This document shows positions 30,599 to 41,825 of a DNA stretch of 64,000 bases, piece after piece (position 1 is the stretch's first letter; the number at the start of each line of letters is the position of its first letter). The DNA is from an uncultured Clostridia bacterium (GTDB lineage Bacteria; Bacillota; Clostridia; TANB77; CAG-508). The translations under genes were made by a program, and so were the position numbers. Under the pieces are notes generated by a model. The model saw only the letters and a program-made list of their open reading frames with translations. It made no database searches and was not told the origin of the DNA. Location of the stretch: the NCBI GenBank assembly GCA_944392105.1, contig CALXVM010000002.1:9026-73025 (forward strand), in the 5' to 3' direction.

Positions 30599-31255
30599 AT
30601 GACAAAAGTTAAAGATCCAATTAGTGGGTTTTCTCATGCATTTGGCGCTATACTATCAATAGCAGGATTAGTAATATTAATTGTTTTTTCTGCAATATAT
30701 GGAGATGCCTGGGACATTGTATCTTATACTATTTTTGGAGTAGGATTAATATTATTATATACATTTAGTAGTTTATATCACTTATTAAACCTAAAACCAA
30801 AAGCTATGAATGTATTTCGTAAGTTTGACCATATTATGATATATATTTTAATTGCTGCAACGTACACTCCAGTATGTCTTGGAGTTTTAAGAGGTCCTTT
30901 GGGCTTTAGCATATTTGGAGTAATATGGCTTTTAGCTATTTTAGGTACTATACTTACAGCTGTATGGTTAAACGCTCCTAGATGGCTAACTACAGGAATA
31001 TATATTGGTATGGGCTGGATGGTTATAATAGCCATATACCCTATGATTAAGACATTTGCTTCTTTAAATGCTTTAAATTTATTATGGTGGTTACTTGCAG
31101 GTGGAATATTATATACAATAGGTGGTGTTATATATGGTCTTAAATGGCCACATTTAAAAAATAAATATTTTGGTTTTCACGAAATTTTTCATATTTTTAT
31201 ACTGCTTGGTAGTGCTTGTCACTTTATTTTTATATTATCTTTGCTATCAATTTAA
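30599..31255 (+). CDS. hemolysin III / PAQR family membrane protein
   Basis: Seven-TM protein with S.LYH, D...IY.LIA.TYTP and HE.FH motifs. Confidence 0.85.
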   Translation: MTKVKDPISGFSHAFGAILSIAGLVILIVFSAIYGDAWDIVSYTIFGVGLILLYTFSSLYHLLNLKPKAMNVFRKFDHIMIYILIAATYTPVCLGVLRGPLGFSIFGVIWLLAILGTILTAVWLNAPRWLTTGIYIGMGWMVIIAIYPMIKTFASLNALNLLWWLLAGGILYTIGGVIYGLKWPHLKNKYFGFHEIFHIFILLGSACHFIFILSLLSI

Positions 31256-31261
31256 GTCCTC

Positions 31262-31301
31262 GAAGCTAATAAATAAAAAATTTATTGGCTTCAATTTTTT
31301 T
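31262..31301 (+). terminator. rho-independent terminator
   Basis: GAAGCTAATAAAT / ATTTATTGGCTTC stem followed by AATTTTTTT. Confidence 0.6.
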
Positions 31302-31416
31302 ATAAAAATTTCCTTATACAAACAGTCATTTTTATTTGACAAAATTAGCTTTTCCGTATACAATTAAGGTTGATTAATATTGACTTTATGTAAATTTTTG
31401 AGGAGAGATTATATAT

Positions 31417-34400
31417 ATGGAAAATTTATTACATGTAGGTTTAGATGTTGGCTCTACAACTGTAAAAATAGTAGTAATGGACGAAAATTTAAATACAATA
31501 TATAGAGATTATCAAAGACACTTTTCTGATACAAAAAATACTGTATGCAATGTTTTAGAAAACTTAGCAACAATGTATCCAGACAGCCTTTTAACAGTAG
31601 CATTAACTGGTTCTGGAGCAATGAGCGCTGCTAAATTTTTAGATTTACCTTTTATTCAAGAAGTTGTCGCTTGCAAAAGAGCAGTAGAAAAATATATACC
31701 AAAAACAGATGTAGTAATAGAGCTTGGCGGGGAAGATGCCAAAATAATTTACTTTGATAAATCAATAGAACAACGTATGAATGGAACTTGTGCTGGTGGA
31801 ACAGGTGCATTTATTGACCAAATGGCATCTTTATTACATACAGACCCAACAGGTTTAAATGAACTTGCTAAAAAACATACTATGATTTACCCTATAGCTT
31901 CTCGTTGCGGAGTTTTCGCTAAAACTGACGTGCAACCATTATTAAATGAAGGTGCCGCAAAGGAAGATATAGCTGCATCTATTTTCCAAGCAGTAGTAAA
32001 TCAAACAATAAGTGGATTAGCTTGTGGTAGACCAATAAGAGGTCATGTAGCTTTCTTAGGTGGTCCACTTAACTATCTTTCAGAATTAAGAAAAAGATTT
32101 ATAGAAACATTAAATTTAACAGATGAAGAAATAATAGTACCTGAGGAAGCTCATCTTTTAGTCGCAAAAGGTGCTGCTCTTGATTCTGTTAACACTAATG
32201 CTATTACAATTGAAAAGTTAAAAAGCAAAATAGGAGTACTAAAAGTATCTCATGACGATACATCTGTGCCTTTACACCCTTTATTTACAACAGATGCTGA
32301 CTATGAAGAGTTTAAACAAAGACATGAAAAAGATACTGTTGAGAAAAAAGATTTAAAATCTTATAAAGGAGACGCCTTTATAGGAATAGATGCAGGTTCT
32401 ACAACTACTAAACTTGTTTTAATAGATAATGAAGGCAATTTACTATATTCATTATATGGCAGTAATGAAGGTAATCCCCTACAAAGTGTTATAAATAATT
32501 TAAAAACATTATATAGTGAATTACCAAAAGATGTAACAATTAGATTTAGTGGAATTACAGGTTATGGCGAAAAGTTAGTTCAAACAGCTTTAAACATAGA
32601 TTTAAATGAAATAGAAACTATCGCTCACTATACAGCCGCAAAAAAATTTATGCCTAATGTTACAAGTATTGTAGACATCGGCGGTCAAGATATGAAATAC
32701 ATAAAACTAAAAAACGGTGCTATTGATAATATAATGTTAAACGAAGCTTGTTCTTCTGGTTGTGGTTCATTTATTGAAACATTTGCCAAAAGTTTAAATT
32801 TATCAATAGAAGACTTTGTAAAATCAGCAATTGAATCTAGAAGACCTGTTGATTTAGGCTCAAGATGTACCGTATTTATGAATTCTAGAATTAAACAGGC
32901 TCAAAAAGAGGGATATTCTGTTGGAGATATTTCAGCAGGACTTTCATATTCAGTAATCAAAAATGCTATTCAAAAAGTTATGAAAGTTAGAGATACTGCT
33001 ACTTTAGGAGATTACATAGTAGTTCAAGGTGGAACTTTTTATAATGATGCCGTCTTAAGAGCTTTTGAGCTAATTGTAGAGAAAAATGTAATAAGACCAA
33101 ACATCGCAGGTTTAATGGGTGCATATGGTGTTGCTTTACTTGCAAAAGAACAATACGAAACTAACAATGATAAAGAATATGTCTCTACAATTTTAAGAGA
33201 TGACGAATTAGATAACCTAAAAATAGAAGCTTCACACGTTCGTTGTGGACTTTGTGAAAACCACTGTTTACTTACAGTTAATAAATTTAGCAACGGTAAA
33301 AAGTATATCTCTGGTAACCGCTGTGAAAGAGGTGCTGGAAATATTAATGGAGATAAAAATTTACCAAACGTAATGAAATATAAGTTTAATAGATTATTCA
33401 ATTATGTACCATTAGAGGAGAAAGACGCACCACGTGGAACAATAGGAATTCCTAGAGTACTAAACATGTATGAAGATTATCCATTTTGGTTCACGTTCCT
33501 AACAGAATTAGGTTTTAGAGTAATAATATCAGAAAAAACTACTAGAAAAACTTATGAAAAAGGTATGGAATCTATGCCTTCAGAATCTGTATGCTTCCCA
33601 GCTAAACTTTCTCATGGACATATTATAAGCCTTATAGACCAAGGAATTAAAACAATTTTTTATCCTTGTATGCCATTTTCTAGAAAAGAATTTAAACAAG
33701 CAGACAATAAATATAATTGTCCAATAGTTATTTCTTATTCTGAAGTATTAAAAAATAACGTAGAAGAATTAAAAGAAAAAAATATAAAATTTTTAAATCC
33801 ATTTTTGCCATTTGACCCAAAAACTCTTGCAGAAACAATTATGGATTTGCCAGAATTTAAAGAATATAATTTTACTAAAAAAGAATTAATTCAGGCAGCA
33901 AAAAAAGCAGAAAAAGAATATCAAAACTTTAAAAATGATATTCGTGCAAAAGGTAAAGAAGCTTTAGCTTATATGAAAGAACATAATTTAAAAGGTATAG
34001 TTCTTGCAGGTAGACCATATCATACAGACCCAGAGGTTAACCATGGTATTGATACTTTAATTACTGGACTTGGACTTTGTGTTTTAACAGAAGATAGTAT
34101 TTCTGACATGGCTACATTAAAACACCGTTTAAGAGTCGTAAATCAATGGGTTTACCATGCACGTTTATACGCAGCTGCAGACTTCGTTGGGACTCAAAAA
34201 GACTTAGAACTTGTACAATTAAATTCTTTCGGTTGTGGTGTTGACGCAGTTACCACAGATCAAGTTGAAGAAATACTTGAAAGTTATGGAAAAATGTATA
34301 CACTTATTAAAATAGATGAAGTTAATAACTTAGGCGCAGTTAGAATACGTATACGTTCTTTACTTGCAAGTATGAAAAAGCGTGAAAAAGAAGCAAACTC

Positions 34401-34422
34401 TCAAAATCTAAAAGAAGCATAA
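31417..34422 (+). CDS. double BadF/BadG/BcrA/BcrD-type ATPase (CoA-substrate-specific enzyme activase family)
   Basis: Two acetate/sugar-kinase-fold ATPase repeats (GLDVGSTTVKIVV and GIDAGSTTTKLVL) plus a Cys cluster CGLCENHC. Confidence 0.8.
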   Translation: MENLLHVGLDVGSTTVKIVVMDENLNTIYRDYQRHFSDTKNTVCNVLENLATMYPDSLLTVALTGSGAMSAAKFLDLPFIQEVVACKRAVEKYIPKTDVVIELGGEDAKIIYFDKSIEQRMNGTCAGGTGAFIDQMASLLHTDPTGLNELAKKHTMIYPIASRCGVFAKTDVQPLLNEGAAKEDIAASIFQAVVNQTISGLACGRPIRGHVAFLGGPLNYLSELRKRFIETLNLTDEEIIVPEEAHLLVAKGAALDSVNTNAITIEKLKSKIGVLKVSHDDTSVPLHPLFTTDADYEEFKQRHEKDTVEKKDLKSYKGDAFIGIDAGSTTTKLVLIDNEGNLLYSLYGSNEGNPLQSVINNLKTLYSELPKDVTIRFSGITGYGEKLVQTALNIDLNEIETIAHYTAAKKFMPNVTSIVDIGGQDMKYIKLKNGAIDNIMLNEACSSGCGSFIETFAKSLNLSIEDFVKSAIESRRPVDLGSRCTVFMNSRIKQAQKEGYSVGDISAGLSYSVIKNAIQKVMKVRDTATLGDYIVVQGGTFYNDAVLRAFELIVEKNVIRPNIAGLMGAYGVALLAKEQYETNNDKEYVSTILRDDELDNLKIEASHVRCGLCENHCLLTVNKFSNGKKYISGNRCERGAGNINGDKNLPNVMKYKFNRLFNYVPLEEKDAPRGTIGIPRVLNMYEDYPFWFTFLTELGFRVIISEKTTRKTYEKGMESMPSESVCFPAKLSHGHIISLIDQGIKTIFYPCMPFSRKEFKQADNKYNCPIVISYSEVLKNNVEELKEKNIKFLNPFLPFDPKTLAETIMDLPEFKEYNFTKKELIQAAKKAEKEYQNFKNDIRAKGKEALAYMKEHNLKGIVLAGRPYHTDPEVNHGIDTLITGLGLCVLTEDSISDMATLKHRLRVVNQWVYHARLYAAADFVGTQKDLELVQLNSFGCGVDAVTTDQVEEILESYGKMYTLIKIDEVNNLGAVRIRIRSLLASMKKREKEANSQNLKEA

Positions 34423-34450
34423 TGCTTATTTTAAGGAGGTTATATAATTA

Positions 34451-35791
34451 ATGGAACTTGGAAATTACGAATTACATAGAGAAATATTTACTAAAGACAT
34501 GAAAAAAACATATACGATACTAGTACCGCAAATGGCTCCTATACACTTTGAATTACTAGAAGCTGCCGTAAAGTCTTGTGGATATAATGTTGTATTGTTA
34601 AGAGAATGTACTAACCATACTGTAGAAACAGGATTAAAATATGTTAACAATGACGCTTGTTATCCTTCTATATTAGTAACAGGACAAATGATTGAAGCTT
34701 TACAATCTGGAAAATATGATCCAAATAAAACTGCATTAATTATGTCTCAAACTGGAGGCGGATGTAGAGCTACAAATTATATAGGATTTATAAGAAAAGC
34801 CTTAAAAGATGCTGGTTTTCCAAACGTGCCAGTTATATCATTTAATGTAGTCGGCATGGAAAAAATGCCAGGATTTAAAATTACACTTCCTTTAATAGAA
34901 AGACTATTAAAATCAGTTGTTTATGCAGATTTATTGCAAAAAATGTTAACTAAAAATAGAGCTTATGAAATAAACAAAGGTGAAACTCAAGCTTTATTTG
35001 ATAAGTGGATGGATAAATGCAAAAAATTAGTAGTTAAATCTAGCATGAAAGAATTTAAGAAAAGCATTTATGAGATGGTAGAAGACTTTGAAAAAATAGA
35101 ACTAGATACTACTATAGTAAAACCTAAAGTTGGAATAGTAGGTGAAGTATTAATTAAATATCATCCTTTTGGAAATAATTATATTGCAAATAAATTAGAA
35201 GAAGAAGGCGCTGAAGTAATTTTACCTGATTTTATGGGATTTGTTAAATTTATTGCCACACATAAAATAACCTTTAACCAACTAATAAAAACAGATAAAA
35301 CAAAAGCCAAATTATTTAAAGCAGCTATTAAATTAATAGATATTTTGGAAAAAGATTCTGTTATAGCACTTTCTAATTCAAAAAAGGGATATTTGTTACC
35401 TTGCAATATATGGGAACTAGAAGATAAAGTAAAAGATATACTATCAATAGGAAATCAAACTGGAGAAGGTTGGTTTTTAACAGCTGAAATGATTGAATAT
35501 ATAGAACATGGTATTCCAAATATAGTTTGTGTACAACCATTTGCTTGTTTACCAAATCATGTAGTTGGTAAGGGGGTCATTAAAACAATTAGAGATAAAT
35601 ATCCAGAAGCAAATATATCTCCTATAGACTATGACCCAGGAGCTAGCGAAACAAACCAAACAAATAGAATAAAATTATTAATGACTGTCGCTAAAGATAA
35701 TTTAAAAAGACAGCAAAAAGAAAAAGAAGCAATAAATAAAGAAAATATTACTGATAATAAAAATAAAGAAAAAATAACAGCCAAGAAATAA
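34451..35791 (+). CDS. activase-associated subunit (2-hydroxyacyl-CoA dehydratase-like / DUF2229-type C-terminal module)
   Basis: Starts 28 nt after the activase stop and has its own AAGGAGG RBS. In many Clostridia this region is fused to the activase polypeptide. Confidence 0.65.
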   Translation: MELGNYELHREIFTKDMKKTYTILVPQMAPIHFELLEAAVKSCGYNVVLLRECTNHTVETGLKYVNNDACYPSILVTGQMIEALQSGKYDPNKTALIMSQTGGGCRATNYIGFIRKALKDAGFPNVPVISFNVVGMEKMPGFKITLPLIERLLKSVVYADLLQKMLTKNRAYEINKGETQALFDKWMDKCKKLVVKSSMKEFKKSIYEMVEDFEKIELDTTIVKPKVGIVGEVLIKYHPFGNNYIANKLEEEGAEVILPDFMGFVKFIATHKITFNQLIKTDKTKAKLFKAAIKLIDILEKDSVIALSNSKKGYLLPCNIWELEDKVKDILSIGNQTGEGWFLTAEMIEYIEHGIPNIVCVQPFACLPNHVVGKGVIKTIRDKYPEANISPIDYDPGASETNQTNRIKLLMTVAKDNLKRQQKEKEAINKENITDNKNKEKITAKK

Positions 35792-36447
35792 TATAAAAAT
35801 TAAATATGAAGCAATTTTAAATAATTAATATTAATTATTTAAAATTAATTCAAAAAATAGAAAAGAAAAATATTTATTTATTTTTCTTTTTTTATTTTGT
35901 ATTTTTTTATAAATATAAATTAATTATTTTAATAAATAAATGAATTATTAATAATTAATTCATTTGAATATACTTATTTAAAAATAAATTAATTATTTTT
36001 AAAAGAATTTAATAAATAATATCTCTATAAATTATTATTTTATTGAATATTATTTATTTTAATTATTTATTATTTGTTTTATTTAAATTAAATTATATTT
36101 TATTATAAATATAATTTAATAATTTATTATTTATTTAATTAATAATTATATTTTTTATTTATTTTAAATTATTTTTAATATTAAAAATTAATTATAATAA
36201 TATATAGAATTTTTTATTTTTTTAAATAAATAAATTAATAAATTAATTAATTAATTTATTATATTATTTTATTTAATTATCTAATAATTTAATTTTATAT
36301 TAATAATTAAATTTTAATTTATAATAATTAACATTTTTATATTAGACAAACAAATCCAATTTAATTTTTTATATTTAATATACTTCTTTTATTAAGTTTC
36401 TTTTTTATCCTCTCTTATTATATCTTTACGCAAATAATACAAAGTCA

Positions 36448-36827
36448 TTTTGACAACTTTATTGTAACTCTTAACTATATAATTTTTCTATATCTATTTA
36501 AAGTTCCATTTCAGTCTGTATAAATAACAGTATGCTTTCAAATTCACTAAAAAACTTATATCAATAGTACTTTTTTAATTAATATTTAAAATGTTAGTAT
36601 TCCGTTTACTTTTGATTTATAATTATTAAAAAATTTTAAACAAATAAATAATTTTCTTAATGCATTTCCTTTTTATTATAATATTATTTAAAATTTTTCA
36701 CTTTTCTTATTTTTCTTCTTAATTATTTTTCTCTAATAACTATAATATCTATATAATCATTTTGACAATTTTTTATATTACATTTTATTTTAAAATTATA
36801 TATTATATTTTTTGTGTTATGTATACT
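36448..36827 (+). repeat. module copy M1
   Basis: Box A at 36448, C at 36601, B at 36760, T at 36817. A-C is 153 nt, C-B is 159 nt, B-T is 57 nt. Confidence 0.8.
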
Positions 36828-36938
36828 TTGTTTAATTTATGTAAATTTATAATCTTCCTAACTTTTATTTTATAATAGCAAAAAATTGAATAACATTATA
36901 TTGTATTTTTATGCATTTTTTTATAAAATATTATAAAA

Positions 36939-36992
36939 AAATTAAATAGTAAAAAAATAATATTTAATTTTTATTTTTTTACTATTTAATTT
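36939..36992. repeat. perfect 22-bp A/T-only inverted repeat (10-nt loop), 112 nt after box T of M1
   Basis: AAATTAAATAGTAAAAAAATAA (36939..36960) and TTATTTTTTTACTATTTAATTT (36971..36992). Confidence 0.8.
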
Positions 36993-37418
36993 TATATTTT
37001 ATTTTTTTATTTGATTTATAATTATTTAATTAATTAAATTTTATTATAATAAAAAAATTATTAATTAAATAATTATATTTTTTTATTAATAATTTTATAA
37101 TTATTTTTATAAATTTTATATTTTATTTTTTATACAATATTTTATAAATTAATATTATAATTATTTTTATAAACAAATTAATTATATTTAATATTTTATA
37201 TATAATTAATTTATTATTAATATAATTACTACTTTTACTTTTTATATAATTTTTTATTTTTATTTTAATTTTCATTTTTATAAATATTAATAATTACATT
37301 ACCTTTTATTTTTTAATTTTTTTAGTATATTATATATTAAGACACCACTTATAGTTAACATCTGTAAAAATTTTATTTCTTCTTTAGGACATAAACTTCA
37401 TTTTAAAAATCCATATCA

Positions 37419-37791
37419 TTTTGACAATTTAATATTTTTGTTTCCTCTTTTTTTATATTATTCTCTCATTTGTTATTATATTTCTATTACTTATTTTATA
37501 ATTTGTATCTACTTAAATATATTTTTCTTTTTCTATCCATTATTTATAGATTTTTCTAAACTACTGTAATCCGTTTAATTTATTTATTATATTTTATTAA
37601 ATTTGTATAAATATTTCTATTAAAATTGTTTTATTTTAATAATATGTTCTTATTAAAAAGCTGTATATATTAAATTTATAATACTTAATAATAAATTCTC
37701 CTTATCTATATAATATATAAATGTAATCTTTTTGACAATTTATTATTTATATGATTTCACTATTTATACATTAATAGATTATATGTATTCT
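37419..37791 (+). repeat. module copy M2
   Basis: A at 37419, C at 37570, B at 37730, T at 37781 (aTATGTATtCT). Spacings 151 / 160 / 51. Confidence 0.8.
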
Positions 37792-38397
37792 AATTTATAT
37801 TTTGAATTACGTAAACTTTTTTATCTTTATTTATTATTTAATGAAACTTAAACTTATCTCATTTTTTTGATTTGTATTATACATTTTTTAGTATGAAAAT
37901 TAATGTTAATTTTTTATATAAATTAATATTTAAAAAATAAATTTATATTGTTTAATTTTAATTAAATAATATTTAATTAAATAAATTAAATTTATTTAAT
38001 TTATTCAATTTATTTTTTAATAAACATTATTTAATTTATTTTTTTAAATTATTTTTTTATCATTTTATATATTATTTATTAAAATATAATAAATAATATA
38101 TTTTTTTATTTTTGTATTATATTTTTTTAGATTATTTTATTTTTAATATTTTTTTAATTAATTAATATCTCTAAAAAAATAAATTTAAAAATAAATATAA
38201 AAATAAAATATTTTATTTTTATATATTTTCTATAATTTTTATTTAATATTTTTATAAAAATAAACTAAAATTTTATATAGCATTTTTTCTAAAAATTGAT
38301 TGTAATATTTTCCATATTAAGTAAAATATACTTTTAATCTTACATGAGCTTTTTATATAAATGAATAATATTAATATTTTTTAACTCTATTTAATCA

Positions 38398-38784
38398 TTT
38401 TGACAATTTTATAAAAATATTTTCATACTATGTTCTTATTTTTTATAATAATTAATATTCTTTTCAGGCATTATATAATCTTTCCTCTCTTATAATATTT
38501 AAAATAAAAAATTTTGTACATATATCTATAATAAAAAAATATGAGAATTCCGTTTAGTTTTATATTATTTTTTTTATAAATTATAAAAAAAAATAATATA
38601 AATTTCTTTATCTTTTGTTAAATATATATGTTTTTTAGTAACTAATCTTTGTATAAATTTTATCAGTCATAAAAAAATTAATATTAGTTTATTTAATATT
38701 AATATCTTTTTGACAATTTTCTTGTTTTTATAATATCTCTATAATATAATTGTTTCTTCCCTTATTTTATATTTTATGTATACT
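38398..38784 (+). repeat. module copy M3
   Basis: A at 38398, C at 38549, B at 38708, T at 38774. Spacings 151 / 159 / 66. Confidence 0.8.
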
Positions 38785-38896
38785 ATATTATAATATTAAA
38801 TTCCAAAAATTTTATTTAATTTCTTTAAGTAATTTTTAATTAATATTTGAAACTTAATGACTTTATTTTAAATATTTTTTTATTTTCAAACATAAG

Positions 38897-38934
38897 AATA
38901 AAAATAAATTAATTTTAAAATATTTATTTTTATT
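38897..38934. repeat. perfect 13-bp A/T-only inverted repeat, 113 nt after box T of M3
   Basis: AATAAAAATAAAT and ATTTATTTTTATT. The loop is itself partly palindromic. Confidence 0.75.
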
Positions 38935-39336
38935 TATATTAATTTATTTTTATATAAAATTTTATAAAATCTTTTATATAAAATAAATTTCTCTCAAAAA
39001 TAATAAAAAAATATTAAACAATATTTTTTTATGAATTTATTTTTTTAAATAAAAATATAACTATTTAATTTTTTATTATTTATTTTTTGGAATTTTATTT
39101 TTATTTAATAATTTTATTATTTAAAATATTAATTTTATTATTTAATAAATAATTATTATTATTACTTTTTATATTTTTTAACACAAATTTTTTATAAAAA
39201 AATTTTATTATTATTATATTATAAATTTGTTACAATTTTATTTATCAAAATAAATAGTATTATCTTTATTGAATTCATAGTATAATTATTTCGTATTATA
39301 CATATAAATATTTAATAGCTAAATTTTATTATATCT

Positions 39337-39732
39337 TTTTGACAAACTTTCATGTTTTTTTGAATTTTAATCTTTCATCTTCAAAATTTTATAAATTTCT
39401 ATAATTTATCTATCTCACATTTTTAGTAGAAAATATTTTTATTATTTTTTTCTCCTTTTAGACTCTTTTATTATGATTTCTTTTATCCGTTTATTTTCAT
39501 AATCTATTTTTTCATTTTTCTATATTTGGCAAATCTATTTTCATATTTTTATTAAAAAACAATTTTATAAAATGAATTTTATATCTTATCATATTTTTTT
39601 ATATTTTCAAATTTTTCTATATTTCTATAATCTTTTCTTAATCATTTTGGCAATATTTTTTTATATTTCTTATTACTTAATATTAGCTAACATATCATGA
39701 AAAAATCTTTTTTTCGTAAAATTATGTATACT
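39337..39732 (+). repeat. module copy M4
   Basis: A at 39337, C at 39486, B at 39645 (TTTTGGCAA), T at 39722. Spacings 149 / 159 / 77. Confidence 0.8.
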
Positions 39733-39819
39733 TTTTTATAAATTTTATTATCTACGTTTTAAAAAATTTTTATAATATAATTGTAATTTTTTTATAATAA
39801 AATTTATAAAATGCCATTA

Positions 39820-39859
39820 TATATTTATTAAAAAATATACAAATTTTTTAATAAATATA
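39820..39859. repeat. perfect 17-bp A/T-only inverted repeat (6-nt loop), 88 nt after box T of M4
   Basis: TATATTTATTAAAAAAT (39820..39836) and ATTTTTTAATAAATATA (39843..39859). Confidence 0.8.
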
Positions 39860-39954
39860 ACTTAATTTTAAATAATTTAATTTAATTTGATTTTATTATT
39901 TAATTTATTATTATTTTTTTTATTTATATTCTATTATTTTTTAATTAATTAATT

Positions 39955-40020
39955 ATTTATTTATTTATTTATTTATTTTATTATTTATTATTTATTATTT
40001 ATTATTTATTTATTTATTTA
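39955..40020. repeat. A/T microsatellite: (ATTT)n then (TTATTTA)n
   Basis: About six ATTT units, then about four TTATTTA heptamers, then (TTTA)3. No G/C. Confidence 0.75.
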
Positions 40021-40618
40021 ATTAATTATTTATTTGTTTATTTTATCATTTAATTATTTATCTATTCATTTTTTATCATTTTATTAATTAATTATTTATT
40101 TTTTATATTATCCTGTTGTAATATTCTTCTTGTACTTTTTAATATTTTTTACTTATTAATCTTTTGAATTATAAAATAATGTTTATTTTTTATTCTATAA
40201 AATTCTAAATATTAAAAAAATAAATTAATAATTATTGTTTCTATAAATAAAAATTAAATATATAATAATTATTAATTATTTTTTATTAATTATTATAAAA
40301 ATATAACTATAATAAAATAATAAAATTATAAAAATAATTATAATAGAATTCATCTTTTTATAATTTTATTATAATTAATTATTAAAAAAAATTAATTAAA
40401 TAATTAATTTATAATATTTTTTAATAATATTTAATAAATTAAAATATTATTCATTACAATATAATAATTTTTATATTACATATAAATTATTATATTTGTT
40501 AACTTTATGTGTTACTATATTTAATCTAATTATTTTTTATTTAACCTTTTATAACTTATTCTGTTAATTTCATAAATAATATTAGAATTATATTTCTTTT
40601 TCTTCTTGTTTAATATCT

Positions 40619-41017
40619 TTTTGACAAATACATTTTGTATTTCTTTTATTTTTATAATTCTACTATGTTTTTTTCATTTATGTAACTATTATTTTTTTAT
40701 TAAATTCAAAATTTTTACAACTCTTCTACAAATTTTATCTTTTGTTAAAGTTTTTGTATCATATACAAATCCGTTCATTTTAGTGTTATAAATTTTAATA
40801 TTTTTTCCTCAAAAACTGTAAAAATAAAGTTAGCTTTATTTTGATTAATCTTTCTATATTTATATTATTCTTCTGGCACTCTTTTATATATTATCAAAAA
40901 CAAAATTGAGATTATTCATTGTTTGACCTTATTAACAATATTTCATACTGCTTTACATTTTATCACAAATATATATTCATACTTTCTAATCTCTCGATTT
41001 TCAATATTATGTATACT
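40619..41017 (+). repeat. module copy M5 (box B degenerate)
   Basis: A at 40619, C at 40770 (TCCGTTCA), B at 40921 (gTTTGACCt), T at 41007. Spacings 151 / 151 / 86. Confidence 0.7.
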
Positions 41018-41044
41018 TTTTTCTATCTTATAATTCTTTCAAAA

Positions 41045-41160
41045 TTTATTTATTTTAATTATTTATTTATTTATTTATTTTAATTAATTATTTATTTATT
41101 TATTTTATTATTTTATTATTTATTATTTTATTTATTTATTATTTTATTTATTTTATTTTA
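41045..41160. repeat. A/T microsatellite tract (TTTA / TTATT / TTATTTA units) between M5 and M6
   Basis: Visible run of ATTTATTTATTTATTT...TTATTTTATTATTTATTATTTTATTT. Confidence 0.7.
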
Positions 41161-41318
41161 CTTTTTATTAATACTATTTTTAATATAATTTTAAATTATA
41201 TTTTTTAATAAATTAAATATTTATTTATTTTACTATATTTAATTATTATTTAATAATAATTATGCATTATTATTTTAATATAAAAATATCAATAAAAGTA
41301 TTTACATAATGTAGATAT

Positions 41319-41696
41319 AGTATACATAATGCTTTTAAAATACTTCTTATAATTAAAGGCATATCTTTATATTTGATTTGTCAAAAAGGTAATATATAAT
41401 ATAAAAAAACGATCATTACATTTTTCTATATAAGCATTATTAATTTATTTGTTAAAATATAAATTGAGATTATTTATATTTTACATTAAAAACTATTCAA
41501 GATTAGATTTCAATTTAATAAAAATACAATTAAAATCCAAACGGAATATAGAATATTCAAAAATAATATATGGTTTACAATTTTTCTATCTTTTTTCTAT
41601 ATAAAAATATGAATACTTATAAAAAATATATAAGCTATTATTTTAATTATAAGTTTCTATATATAAAAAATAATTATTGCCTCAAATTTGTCAAAA
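41319..41696 (-). repeat. module copy M6 (inverted)
   Basis: Read on the minus strand: A at 41696, C at 41545 (TCCGTTTG), B at 41386, T at 41329. Spacings 151 / 159 / 57. Confidence 0.8.
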
Positions 41697-41825
41697 TAGT
41701 TGTATTATGAAAATTATCTTAGATATTTTATTAAAATATTTTTTCAAAGTAAATTGACCCAATTAAAAAAGTACTTAACAATTTCATTCTTATAATAATT
41801 ATTAATTATTTATTGTTTAATTAAT

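Noticed and set aside
40606-40791. 61-aa ORF spanning box A to box C of module M5, possibly a conserved small hydrophobic protein.
   Set aside because: The equivalent frame checked in M1 hits a stop within a few codons, and spacing differences between copies are not multiples of 3. The F/L/I-rich product is what a T-rich strand yields by chance, and there is no RBS.
36448-41696. Boxes A and B as sigma-A -35 elements of tandem promoters.
   Set aside because: No TATAAT-like hexamer sits 16-18 nt downstream in the copies examined, whereas real promoters in this window (rpmH, abrB, dnaA, VirB4 string) show clear -35/-10 pairs.
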